Assembly (NCBI GenBank): GCA_023247445.1
Contig: JAHFGL010000005.1
Location: 11,087 to 75,086 of the forward strand
Source of the DNA: Candidatus Omnitrophota bacterium
GTDB taxonomy: Bacteria; Omnitrophota; Gorgyraeia; Zapsychrales; Zapsychraceae
Direction: 5' to 3'
Length of the DNA stretch: 64,000 bases
Below the pieces are notes generated by a model that worked only from the letters and a program-made list of their open reading frames with translations, did no database searches and was not told the DNA's origin. Made by a program: the position numbers and the translations under genes. Below, one piece after another: positions 1-9,120 of the stretch (positions are counted from its first letter, which is position 1; every line of letters begins with the position of its first letter).

Positions 1-715
1 GATAATTCTGTTCAATATAATTACAAAAAATTTCAACGCTTGGTGTATGTCGTAGATCTAATCCATAAATATGCAACCGATCCGCCCACTTTGAAAAATC
101 ACTTTCACGGGCAAACCGAAGCGCTGAATCAACAGGAAATCGTGTCGTCGCAATAACGTGAGCTCCCGCGCGTAACATCATGAGTGTTGACTGATAACCG
201 ATTTTAAGACGTGATCCCGTAATAAGCGCTACTTGTCCATCAAGGGGTGCTGTTTGAAAACGTTTTGCGTAATTTAACTGCGCGCAAGATGGACACATCG
301 CATCATAAAAATGATGCAACTGTGTAAACTCTGCCTTGCAGATATAACAATTGCGAGGCGTTTTTAACTCGATAGTCTCTCGTTTTAAATCAGCGTTAGC
401 ATCTGCAATCCGTAAAGGAGCAGTAAAAACCGTGGCTTCACGGGCACTGCGGATTCCGGTTGCGGCCCGAGCGCGCCGTTCGAAATTATCAACTTTTTGA
501 CGCTCAAGTTTTCGATTATCTCTTTTTCTTTTTCGCAGTTCATCACGATGAGGACGGGAGAGTTGTCCGGTGGCGATAATTAAAGCTGTTCTTTGCTGCG
601 CAGATAAATGAGCAAGCTGTTCGCTATTCTGAACTAAATCTTCAAGGAGAGAAATACATGCCTGAATTTCTTCTTCTGTATATTTTGCTGCGGCAATTTG
701 CTTGGCTGGATGCAT
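1..715 (-). CDS. SDR-family oxidoreductase with N-terminal CxxC...CxxC region (runs off window edge)
   Basis: Manual translation from ATG at 715: MHPAKQ...PRNCYICK...CPSC...[15 protein letters not shown]...[11 protein letters not shown]; open to position 1. Confidence 0.8.
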   Translation of the reverse strand, partial: MHPAKQIAAAKYTEEEIQACISLLEDLVQNSEQLAHLSAQQRTALIIATGQLSRPHRDELRKRKRDNRKLERQKVDNFERRARAATGIRSAREATVFTAPLRIADANADLKRETIELKTPRNCYICKAEFTQLHHFYDAMCPSCAQLNYAKRFQTAPLDGQVALITGSRLKIGYQSTLMMLRAGAHVIATTRFPVDSALRFARESDFSKWADRLHIYGLDLRHTPSVEIFCNYIEQNY

Positions 716-742
716 TACTTAAATATTCTACCGATCGTTTAG

Positions 743-1021
743 TTAACTTCTTTTTGTAATCTCAATTAAATGATATCCAAATTCTGTCTTTACTGGGCCA
801 TGAACTTTCCCGACAGCATCTTTAAAAACAACTGTATCAAATTCTTCAACCATCTGACCTGGTTCAAACTCACCAAGATCACCACCATCCTCCGCGGAAG
901 GACATTGCGAATGGGCCTTCGCCACTTCTGCAAAATTCTTTCCTGATTCAATTTCTTTTTTTAACTTTAAACATTCAGTTTCCGTTGAAACTAAAATATG
1001 TCGCGCACTGGCTTTTGTCAT
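743..1021 (-). CDS. ppiC: Parvulin peptidyl-prolyl isomerase
   Basis: ARHILV, HSQCPS, GGDLG, GQMV..FD, VKTEFGYHLI motifs. Confidence 0.93.
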   Translation of the reverse strand: MTKASARHILVSTETECLKLKKEIESGKNFAEVAKAHSQCPSAEDGGDLGEFEPGQMVEEFDTVVFKDAVGKVHGPVKTEFGYHLIEITKRS

Positions 1022-1152
1022 ACTCTTCTCCTTTAATATTTATGATGGCCTCTAAACTGTGGGACATTTTAGACAAATTCTAGCCGAAACTCAACAAATT
1101 ATTAGCCAAGCAAACTCAATAGGCTTACCTAACAATTTTCTTAAAAGTAATC

Positions 1153-1386
1153 TTAATAATTAAAAAGGTCCTTGAGGGTAATAGAATTTTTGGGGTGGGC
1201 GGCAATAATGGCAGAAAAAATTTTATTCTGTACATTAACCGTGAGTTTTCTTCCTTTACATCCTTTGGCTACCATTTTATACGTTAGTTGATTACTTGAT
1301 GCGGCGACCAGATCATGACTTGTTAAATTCAGCCGGGCCATTACCGCCACCAGCGGCTGTGGCCCAAAATCACGCGACTCCGTCAT
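1153..1386 (-). CDS. Small hypothetical protein, possibly HTH-like
   Basis: 77-aa ORF with AAGGA upstream; no recognised family. Confidence 0.6.
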   Translation of the reverse strand: MTESRDFGPQPLVAVMARLNLTSHDLVAASSNQLTYKMVAKGCKGRKLTVNVQNKIFSAIIAAHPKNSITLKDLFNY

Positions 1387-1408
1387 AAACGTATTCCTTT
1401 AATGTCAT

Positions 1409-1564
1409 CTAATCTCGTTTTATCGCGGCGGCACTTCGTTGATCTTGTGATATATGACTAGAATGCAGGTGGCAATAAGCCTCATGATTATAAATGCTTA
1501 AAATCTGTTTGCAGCGAAACTGCTTACACTTTCGTCCTTTATGAGAGGTTATTATTTTTTTCAT
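1409..1564 (-). CDS. 51-aa putative zinc-finger protein (not in ORF track)
   Basis: MKKIITSHKGRKCKQFRCKQILSIYNHEAYCHLH...; C-x4-C-x12-C-x2-H; AAGGAG RBS upstream. Confidence 0.65.
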   Translation of the reverse strand: MKKIITSHKGRKCKQFRCKQILSIYNHEAYCHLHSSHISQDQRSAAAIKRD

Positions 1565-1715
1565 ATTACTCCTTTTGAAGATCCAAAAAAAGTGGCAAAG
1601 GTTAGTGCTCTTCTTTGCAACTTGAGATCTTCTAATTTGTTTTCAGTATATCAGATAATATGTTAATACACTCGATTAAAATAATTGAAATAACTTAATG
1701 ATCTTAGTTGTGCTG

Positions 1716-1724
1716 TGCTATTAT
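1716..1724 (+). promoter_or_regulatory. Putative extended -10 promoter (TGCTATTAT)
   Basis: TGn plus TATTAT about 40 nt before the SD-led micro-ORF at 1767. Confidence 0.45.
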
Positions 1725-1766
1725 ATGTACAAATAAAGCAGCAACTTTATAAAGGAGGAATTAAAA

Positions 1767-1814
1767 ATGGCTACAAAAAAGAAAGCAAAAAAGAAGACAG
1801 CAAAAAAGAAATAA
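1767..1814 (+). CDS. 15-aa lysine-rich micropeptide MATKKKAKKKTAKKK
   Basis: AAAGGAGG Shine-Dalgarno 8 nt before ATG, TAA stop, terminator directly after. Confidence 0.6.
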   Translation: MATKKKAKKKTAKKK

Positions 1815-1827
1815 TTTTTACGATCAT

Positions 1828-1871
1828 AAATAAAAAACCCTCTGCGGTATTTCTCAGAGGGTTTTTTATTT
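1828..1871. terminator. Bidirectional intrinsic terminator
   Basis: Perfect 17-bp inverted repeat AAATAAAAAACCCTCTG / CAGAGGGTTTTTTATTT between convergent ORFs. Confidence 0.85.
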
Positions 1872-1906
1872 GTAGCAAATAAATTTCGCTGCCAAAACAA
1901 ACAAAT

Positions 1907-2248
1907 TTATGCCCGAATATTTAATAACTTCTTAAGTCGACTGATTGAACCATCATCCATCTTCATAAAATAGATCGCAATCCCTTCCCCAACAGCAATC
2001 CGAGAAACACGCGCTGAGCCTTGCACAACTTCCTTAGCATTAGTTGCCGAACAATAAATCGTAAAATCAAGCTCATCGTTGATTTGCAAATAAATACTAT
2101 GTTTAATTTTAATAAATGCACTTTTAAAGGAAAGATCCTTAAGCTGTCCTTTCAAAGTAATTTGTGGACCTAAGCTGATTTCAATCGACAAATTAAGCGC
2201 GAATCGTTGAGCTTCTCGCTGGTTGTTATTAAAAGATCCTGGTGGCAT
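1907..2248 (-). CDS. PilZ-domain protein
   Basis: QREAQRF (RxxxR) and DLSFKS (D/NxSxxG-like) motifs. Confidence 0.7.
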   Translation of the reverse strand: MPPGSFNNNQREAQRFALNLSIEISLGPQITLKGQLKDLSFKSAFIKIKHSIYLQINDELDFTIYCSATNAKEVVQGSARVSRIAVGEGIAIYFMKMDDGSISRLKKLLNIRA

Positions 2249-2268
2249 CCCTCATCCCTTTCTCTATA

Positions 2269-2673
2269 TTATTCATCCCAAGCGGTCGAGTTTGCCGGTT
2301 GAGCATCTTGAACAACTTCTGCCTCAGAGGTAGATTGTCCACCGGACTCCGCTCTTTTAGGTAAAAAATGAATATTATCAGCGGTGATTCTAACACGGCT
2401 TTGTGTCTTGCCGTCTTTTTCCCAACGATCTTGTTTTAAGCGACCTTCAACAATAATTCCACTTCCTTTTTTCAAATATTTAACGCAATTTTCTGCCGTT
2501 GGTCCCCAAACTTCCACATCAAAATAAGATACTTCCGTAACCTTCTCACCTTTACTGGTATAAACGCGATTGTTGGCAATCGAAAGACTGCAAACTGATT
2601 TTCCCGATGGCGTATACTTTAATTCTGGATCTCTCGTCAAGTTTCCCATAATGTTGACACTGTTTAGACTCAT
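2269..2673 (-). CDS. ssb: Single-stranded DNA-binding protein
   Basis: LNSVNIMGNLTRDPELKYTPSG, YLKKGS..VEGRL..W, acidic tail. Confidence 0.96.
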   Translation of the reverse strand: MSLNSVNIMGNLTRDPELKYTPSGKSVCSLSIANNRVYTSKGEKVTEVSYFDVEVWGPTAENCVKYLKKGSGIIVEGRLKQDRWEKDGKTQSRVRITADNIHFLPKRAESGGQSTSEAEVVQDAQPANSTAWDE

Positions 2674-2764
2674 TGCTTTCTCCTTGAATAGATTGTTAAG
2701 TTTGACAAATTTATTTTTTGTTAAATATTCTTTCTTTTAGGGCTCTAGCTTAGCATAGACTTAT

Positions 2765-3523
2765 TTAAACGTCTGCTATCTTTTTCGCCGCATAGATGCC
2801 TTGCAACATCTGATGTTTTCGGCCAAAACCTTTGGTCTTAGTCATGCTAAATCCTTTTTGCGCTAAACCGCGACGGACGTGGCCAGCGACAGTAAAGGTG
2901 GCCACTGTCGTCCCCGCACGACTTAACGCCGCCATTTGTTCAAAGACCTCCGGCGACCACATCTCTGGATTTTTAGAAGGCCCAAAACCGTCAAGGAACC
3001 AGGCATCAACCGCGTATGACGCTTGGCGCATCTGGGCCAGCGCGCTTAACACATGATCAAAAATTAAAGTCAACTTGATTCTTCCACCAACAAAAATAAT
3101 ATGTTGAGATTCGATATTAATATTTGGATATTGAACAGTAAGTTGTGTGGAATATTCCTGCAGTTGCGGCCAAAGATTTAGCGCTTTGATTAAATCGTCA
3201 GCGCTTAGCGGAAACTGATCAAGGGAAATATAATGAAGCTTTGCGGCCGTCGGTGCACATTGTTCGAAGAGTTGCCAAGCGCATAAGAAATTAAGTCCGG
3301 TGCCAAAGCCTGTCTCAGCAATGACAAAGGAATTGGAATCCTGGGCAGAAAGATTTTCAAAACGTTCTTTTAACTGATTACCGCCACAAAAAATATACTG
3401 TGACTCATCGTACCCGTTATCCTGACAAAAATATTTATCATCAAAGGCCGTCGAATGCGGCAGGCCCTTCTCATCCCAACGAATTTTAGTATAAGTTATT
3501 TCTTTGACGGATTTAGTGGTCAT
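2765..3523 (-). CDS. mnmD: Stand-alone MnmC methyltransferase domain (MnmD/MnmC2-like)
   Basis: FDDKYF, ETGFGTGLNFL, DAWFLDGFGPSKNPEMW, GFGRKHQML; no oxidase domain. Confidence 0.85.
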   Translation of the reverse strand: MTTKSVKEITYTKIRWDEKGLPHSTAFDDKYFCQDNGYDESQYIFCGGNQLKERFENLSAQDSNSFVIAETGFGTGLNFLCAWQLFEQCAPTAAKLHYISLDQFPLSADDLIKALNLWPQLQEYSTQLTVQYPNINIESQHIIFVGGRIKLTLIFDHVLSALAQMRQASYAVDAWFLDGFGPSKNPEMWSPEVFEQMAALSRAGTTVATFTVAGHVRRGLAQKGFSMTKTKGFGRKHQMLQGIYAAKKIADV

Positions 3524-3870
3524 TAAAGCTTATTATATTTCGTATGTTTGCCTTTTGATTTCTCGATTGGATATTTAAGCGCATTCTTCTTCATTTTCAC
3601 ATCAATGGCGGCAAGTAAATCAATTTCTAAATTATCCGCAAGCTCAAATAAAAACATTGCCACATCAGCTAGCTCATCGGCGATTTCATCTTTACACTCT
3701 GCGCCATGCGTTTCCACCTCAGCCAGCGACTTCCATTGAAAATGCTCGAGCACTTCTGTCGCCTCTAAGACCAAGGACAACGCCACATCCTTGTGATTAT
3801 GAAACTGTTTCCAATCACGCTCGTCTCTAAATTGTTTTATCTTTTGGGTTATTTGTTTTATGTCTGGCAT
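3523..3870 (-). CDS. MazG-like nucleotide pyrophosphohydrolase
   Basis: FRDERDWKQFH, E..EVLEHFQW, DELADV, KNALKYP; GAGGA RBS before ATG 3870. Confidence 0.9.
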   Translation of the reverse strand: MPDIKQITQKIKQFRDERDWKQFHNHKDVALSLVLEATEVLEHFQWKSLAEVETHGAECKDEIADELADVAMFLFELADNLEIDLLAAIDVKMKKNALKYPIEKSKGKHTKYNKL

Positions 3871-3939
3871 AAGTTCCTCACTTTGATCCAAGTTTAACCA
3901 TTAACTTAAAATAAGTAAAATCCTTATTTTTTGCTCAAA

Positions 3940-3978
3940 AAAATAGGACAGACACTTTTAAAATGTCTGTCCTATTTT
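3940..3978. terminator. Hairpin, probable terminator
   Basis: AAAATAGGACAGACA / TGTCTGTCCTATTTT 15-bp inverted repeat. Confidence 0.65.
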
Positions 3979-3989
3979 CTACACTTTAC

Positions 3990-5747
3990 CTACTTAATAT
4001 CGTAGGCGACGATTGTCTTTTTCCCTTTAAAGAAATAAACCCGTCCACCCGGATGATCAACCGTATACTCTGGTTCTTTTTCATTAAATATAAATTCACC
4101 GTCAGTATTTCCCGTTGCTAAATTAATTGCGAGGATCCCAATCCCACTGCCTTCCTCTCCTGTAACTTTCGTCAGAATAAAGGCATGCTCTTGACCACTT
4201 TGCGATTTAGAATAACGTTTATCCATATATCTATCCATACGGGCGAATGTGCTGGTAATATTCTGTGAAGCTCCTGACATCGAAGATTGTCCCGTTGCAT
4301 ATTGCATTTGATATCCTAAAGCAGCAAACGCCGAAACACCAACCATCAGCGCCGTGCCTAAAGTCGATGGCCCTGGTGATGGATAATACAACGACCAATT
4401 GATTTCTTTTGTATCTGGAGCAAACGAAAGAATATGCTGACGTCCACGAATAACAACGGCCCCATTATCTTGACCAGAAATCGAGACAGGAGGATCTTCC
4501 CGTTCCTTCCCAACAGCCATTTTCGCTCCAGCTTTTAGAAGACCACCCAACCCTCCCGTTAATGCCTTAACTCCGGCGGAAGCGACATCGGTCGTCCCAA
4601 TGCTGCGTTTAAATTCTAAAGGAGTTTTAAATGCTTCTTTAACCTTACCTTTACTTTGGCTATCAATCCCGATTAAACTTTTTGCATCAGCCAACATAAC
4701 GGTGTGTAGCGCTGGCAAATAAACCAAATTTGTTAACCCACCACTAGCACCGGTATATTCCCACAAAGCTGATCCATCGGTCTTGTTATACGATTTAACG
4801 GCTAAAGGTTTGTCCAACAAGAAATCCTTAGCGCCTGGACTAAAAAAGTTTCCACCAATCTTAGCTAACACCATTTCATCGGCAACGATTAACTGTGAAA
4901 TAAGTCCAGAACGAACTTTCTCACTTTTCCATTTCACCTCGCCCGTATTTTTATCAACCGCATAAACTTCTCCATTACCAGTGGCATACACAACATCTCC
5001 CTCGATAATCGGTGCCGCATAAGATTTTTTATAAGTTTTATCGGCCGTTGGAAATTCAACACCCCAAAGAATATTTCCTGTGGTCACATCCACGCAGTGC
5101 AGTCCAGCAATAGAAAAATAAGCGTTATTGCCGTCGAAAACAGGATCTTGATAACCGCCCAAATCAAGTGTCACACTAAACATCCCAGAATTATCCGCGA
5201 CATAAAGTGGAATTTTCTTTGGATTGACCGGAAACGGCGATTCCCATTTTTGCTCACCGGTCACCGCATCAAAGGCCAAGAGATAAATCCCAGGATCTTT
5301 ATTTTTGTCCGTATAAACATTGGAAACAAAGATAGTCATGGTTTTATCAGGAACTGTATAAATCCCAAGAGGTGCGCCAAACATTTTATCCGTCTTCCAT
5401 TTTGTCTGGCCAGAACCCATATCAATAGCTTCGATAATTGATTTACTCCCTGCAATTCCCGTGCTTTGCACAACAATAAGAATCGGGTATCCCGAAACTT
5501 CGCGAACCTCATACGGCGCCAAATTCGAAAAGTCTTCACGCGTCCACATCACTTCGCCGGTTTCTGGATTGTAGCTCGAAAGCGATCCCTTCGCTCCGAT
5601 GAGCAATGTTCCATAAACAGTCGTTCGCCCCCAGAGAATTTTATCTTTGACAGGCTGTTGCCAAACTTCTGTTGAAGCCATCGCTAGGGGTGAAAAGTTA
5701 AGCGTAATAAACGTTAAAAGTATTAAACAACTGATCACTCTTCTCAT
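3990..5747 (-). CDS. Secreted PQQ-like beta-propeller repeat protein
   Basis: Signal peptide; repeated D..TG...W blades (NPETGEVMW, DAVTGEQKW, DKNTGEVKW). Confidence 0.8.
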   Translation of the reverse strand: MRRVISCLILLTFITLNFSPLAMASTEVWQQPVKDKILWGRTTVYGTLLIGAKGSLSSYNPETGEVMWTREDFSNLAPYEVREVSGYPILIVVQSTGIAGSKSIIEAIDMGSGQTKWKTDKMFGAPLGIYTVPDKTMTIFVSNVYTDKNKDPGIYLLAFDAVTGEQKWESPFPVNPKKIPLYVADNSGMFSVTLDLGGYQDPVFDGNNAYFSIAGLHCVDVTTGNILWGVEFPTADKTYKKSYAAPIIEGDVVYATGNGEVYAVDKNTGEVKWKSEKVRSGLISQLIVADEMVLAKIGGNFFSPGAKDFLLDKPLAVKSYNKTDGSALWEYTGASGGLTNLVYLPALHTVMLADAKSLIGIDSQSKGKVKEAFKTPLEFKRSIGTTDVASAGVKALTGGLGGLLKAGAKMAVGKEREDPPVSISGQDNGAVVIRGRQHILSFAPDTKEINWSLYYPSPGPSTLGTALMVGVSAFAALGYQMQYATGQSSMSGASQNITSTFARMDRYMDKRYSKSQSGQEHAFILTKVTGEEGSGIGILAINLATGNTDGEFIFNEKEPEYTVDHPGGRVYFFKGKKTIVAYDIK

Positions 5748-5865
5748 CGATGATCCTTTCATTAGTATCTTGTTGTACGATAAAATTTTTCGGGTCATTA
5801 TAGACTAGGGATTATTATTCAGGCAAGGAGTTTTTAGATCTCAAGAATTTGGCAGGTAAAATTTA

Positions 5866-6105
5866 TCAAGGGGATGTAAACTGCTTGGCATAACGATCCA
5901 CCAGTTCACGGATCATTCTCTGATATTTGATATTATTCTTTTGTGCTTGTCGTTTGAAAAAGTCCAGACTAGTCTTAGTCAATGATAAGGTAACCTTAAC
6001 GGTTTCATCTGGCATAATCAACTGGTGAGGCGGGGGAAGAAAATCCTTAACCTTTGTTAATTTACCAACAGGTTTGTCGTTATTTCTTTCAATCTTTCTT
6101 ATCAT
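5866..6105 (-). CDS. BrnA/CopG-like antitoxin
   Basis: DFLPPP, VKVTLSL...DFFK, KYQRMIR; overlaps toxin 3' end. Confidence 0.8.
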   Translation of the reverse strand: MIRKIERNNDKPVGKLTKVKDFLPPPHQLIMPDETVKVTLSLTKTSLDFFKRQAQKNNIKYQRMIRELVDRYAKQFTSP

Positions 6106-6373
6106 AGTAAGAGACTCCTTTGCGCCAATAACCAGCGCCTATAATTCTAACTTTCCCATCACGATAAATAAAACGAACAGTGATGATTCTAGTTTCAACT
6201 TGTCCAATACAGAATAAACGTTCTTCCTGCTGGTTATGTCTTGCGTCAACATAGATCTTTCTTTTCGGATCTCTAAACGCCTTTGCTGCCGTACGAAAAT
6301 CAACCCCATGCTTTTTAATATTAATTTCTTCTTTCACAGGATCCCATACAAAATCAGATTCATGTTGCCTCAT
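6089..6373 (-). CDS. BrnT-family toxin
   Basis: FVWDPVKEEINIKKHGVDF, EERLFCIG, VRIIGA. Confidence 0.88.
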   Translation of the reverse strand: MRQHESDFVWDPVKEEINIKKHGVDFRTAAKAFRDPKRKIYVDARHNQQEERLFCIGQVETRIITVRFIYRDGKVRIIGAGYWRKGVSYYDKKD

Positions 6374-6470
6374 ATCAAGTATACCTCAAACATATTATTT
6401 AGCAATATTTCTATACATATATTAATATGGTCTATTGTAAACATAAAACACATCTTGCCCAAAAAATAAA

Positions 6471-6507
6471 AACCCGCTCTTTTCCGCTTGGGGATAAGAA
6501 CGGGTTA
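6471..6507 (-). terminator. Probable terminator downstream of uup
   Basis: AACCCGCTCTT / AAGAACGGGTT imperfect stem with U-rich tail on the minus strand. Confidence 0.5.
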
Positions 6508-6592
6508 AATTGAACTACTTATTAAAAGTTATTTTATCGTGCCTTCGCTTAATTGCAACTTTTTATTTTATTGACCACAAACCTATTCGAGA

Positions 6593-8506
6593 TCAACCAT
6601 TTTTTCGGGAGTCTTCGAGGAATTCCCAACGTTCAAAGACTTTCAGAAGCTCGTCTTCAATTTGCTCGAGTCTACTTTTCGTTTGAGCGATTTCTTGAGA
6701 AGCTTTCTTAAAGAAAGCGGGATCGAGCATCAATGTATAAAGTTCATCTTGCTCGAGTTCGAGTTTTTCGATTTTGGCAGGAAGGGCGGCCAGCTCTTGT
6801 TCTTCTTTAAACGATAGTTTGTGAGGCTTTTGTTTTTCCGTTTTAACAACTTGTTTAACTTCTGGCTTCTCTTCTTTATTTAAATCCTTTTGTTTCGCTT
6901 CCTTAATATTAGCTTCACGCTGAGTTAACCAATCATCATAGCCGCCAACATATTCATTAACGACACCTTCGCCTTCTAAAACAATCGTGCTCGTAACCAC
7001 ATTATTTAAAAACGCGCGGTCGTGACTGACTAAAAGCAGCGTTCCAGAATAGTCGAGTAACAATTCTTCCAAAAGTTCTAACGTTTCCACATCCAAATCA
7101 TTGGTGGGTTCGTCCATAACCAAAACGTTCGATGGTTTAGTAAATAATCGCGCCAGGAGCAATCGATTGCGTTCACCGCCGGAAAGAACCTTGACCGGCG
7201 TGCGCGCACGATCCGGTGAGAAAAGAAAATCCTGCATGTAACCAATAATATGCCGCGGCTTGCCATTAATCATGATTGTGTCGCTATTGCCGCAAATATT
7301 TTCGATAACGGTCTTCTCTTCATCCAACTGTTCACGCAATTGATCGTAATAAGCAATTTCGATATTGGTTCCTAACTTCGCCTTGCCTTGGATAGGCGCC
7401 AGTTTTCCAAAAAGAATACGAAGAAGTGTTGTCTTTCCTGAACCATTTGGACCCAAGATTCCTATCTTGTCGCCGCGCATGATGTTTGTTGAAAAATTCT
7501 TAATCAAACATTTCTCATCATACCAATAACCTAAGTTGGCAGCCTTAACGACCAAATGTCCAGAGCGTTCCGCTTCTTGCGCCAGCATATTAACTTTGCC
7601 GACTTCTTTACGCTGCGCTTTTTTGACTTCGCGCATGCGCTCAAGCGCCTTCACTCGGCCTTCATTACGAACACGACGAGCTTTAACGCCTTTACGGATC
7701 CAAATCTCTTCCTGCGCTAAACGCTTGTCAAACTCACGCTGCTGAACTTCTTCATTTTCAAGCGCCATTTTTTTGCGCTGCAAAAATGTTTCATAATCAC
7801 AACTCCAGCTAAAAATCTTGCCGCGGTCCAGCTCAACAATCCGCGTGGCTAAATGTCGCATAAACATACGGTCGTGAGTAATAAATAATACTGTCCCGGA
7901 ATAATTCTTAAGAAATCCTTCCAGCCAATCGATGGATTCAATATCTAAATGGTTGGTGGGCTCATCCAAGAGAAGAATATCAGGTTTAAGAGCCAAGGCT
8001 CTGGCTAAAAGCGTACGGCGCTTTTGCCCGCCGGATAAATGTTCAAAGTTTGCTTCCGGATCAAGCTTCATGTGCTCAATCACCAGTTCAACTTCACTAT
8101 TAACATCCCAACTGTCAGTGCGCGTTAATTCTTCTTGAACATTATCAAGCTGGCGCAAGAGTTCTGGCGTGTGCTCGGTATGCAAACGATGACTAATGTG
8201 GTGAAAATCTTTCAGAAGCTCGCCGCGTTTACCTAAACCAGAGGCGACGATATCAAAAACGTTTCCAGTAACCCCAGGTGGAATTTCCTGCGGCAGGTGA
8301 GTAACGGTCACGCCTTGTTGACGGACAATCTCGCCCTCATCAGGCCCAAATTGACCAGCGATAAGTTTCATTAAAGTCGTTTTACCAGCACCGTTACGCC
8401 CCAACAAAGCGACACGTTCGCCTGGCTCAAGCTGCAAGCTTAGCTTATCGAAAAGTAACGGCCCGCCGAAGGCGACGGATATTTCTTGTAAACTGATCAA
8501 AGCCAT
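6593..8506 (-). CDS. uup: ABC-F family ATPase Uup
   Basis: Two ABC domains (GRNGAGKT, GPNGSGKT), EEIWIRKGVKARRVRNEGRVKAL linker, KLSFKE C-terminal domain. Confidence 0.92.
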   Translation of the reverse strand: MALISLQEISVAFGGPLLFDKLSLQLEPGERVALLGRNGAGKTTLMKLIAGQFGPDEGEIVRQQGVTVTHLPQEIPPGVTGNVFDIVASGLGKRGELLKDFHHISHRLHTEHTPELLRQLDNVQEELTRTDSWDVNSEVELVIEHMKLDPEANFEHLSGGQKRRTLLARALALKPDILLLDEPTNHLDIESIDWLEGFLKNYSGTVLFITHDRMFMRHLATRIVELDRGKIFSWSCDYETFLQRKKMALENEEVQQREFDKRLAQEEIWIRKGVKARRVRNEGRVKALERMREVKKAQRKEVGKVNMLAQEAERSGHLVVKAANLGYWYDEKCLIKNFSTNIMRGDKIGILGPNGSGKTTLLRILFGKLAPIQGKAKLGTNIEIAYYDQLREQLDEEKTVIENICGNSDTIMINGKPRHIIGYMQDFLFSPDRARTPVKVLSGGERNRLLLARLFTKPSNVLVMDEPTNDLDVETLELLEELLLDYSGTLLLVSHDRAFLNNVVTSTIVLEGEGVVNEYVGGYDDWLTQREANIKEAKQKDLNKEEKPEVKQVVKTEKQKPHKLSFKEEQELAALPAKIEKLELEQDELYTLMLDPAFFKKASQEIAQTKSRLEQIEDELLKVFERWEFLEDSRKNG

Positions 8507-8568
8507 AAGGCCCTAGTATACACGGAGGAATAATTTAGACAAGAGAGAAATTGCGGAGCAAACTCTTA

Positions 8569-8670
8569 ACAAGTTAGCAAGACTAATGGAAGTGAATTTC
8601 CGTTCGAGTTTCCTTCATTCTATTTAGAAAGACGAAGAACGGATGAACGACATTAGTCTTGCTAACTTGT
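8569..8670. repeat. 102-bp element with perfect 20-bp terminal inverted repeats (MITE-like)
   Basis: ACAAGTTAGCAAGACTAATG ... CATTAGTCTTGCTAACTTGT; inner TCCGTTC/GAACGGA stem. Confidence 0.7.
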
Positions 8671-8678
8671 CTAAATGA

Positions 8679-8873
8679 TTATTTCACCATCATAAAAAGA
8701 AAAGATACCAAGACTAACAATACAACCGCGATAATAATTATCTTTGGCTTTGAATATTTGATCTTCCCCATAAAACCTGTGCCGCGGCGAAGGCTTTCGC
8801 CGCAAAAATGACATAACAACGCTTCGTCATCAAAAATCGGATTCTTACAATGTGGACAGAGATATTCTGGCAT
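8679..8873 (-). CDS. Small zinc-ribbon membrane protein
   Basis: CPHC...CHFC followed by a hydrophobic C-terminal helix. Confidence 0.7.
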   Translation of the reverse strand: MPEYLCPHCKNPIFDDEALLCHFCGESLRRGTGFMGKIKYSKPKIIIIAVVLLVLVSFLFMMVK

Positions 8874-8922
8874 AGCAAAAATTGTGAATAAAAATATTTT
8901 GATGTTGTGGTATTATACCGTC

Positions 8923-9117
8923 ATGCCAATCGATGAAAATTTCGATTTTGATTGTCCTCACTGCGGTAGCGCCAATTCACTGCCGATTGATATTACCGGT
9001 GGATCGCGCCAAAGTCTTGTTGTTGATTGTGAGACCTGCTGTGCGCCAATTATCGTGCGATTACGCCTGTCTGGAGATGAAATAGTTAGTGTCGATGTCA
9101 GAAAAGAAAATGAATAG
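8923..9117 (+). CDS. CPXCG-motif cysteine-rich protein
   Basis: CPHCG...D.TGG..Q..VVDCETCC.PI. Confidence 0.8.
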   Translation: MPIDENFDFDCPHCGSANSLPIDITGGSRQSLVVDCETCCAPIIVRLRLSGDEIVSVDVRKENE

Positions 9118-9120
9118 TGT

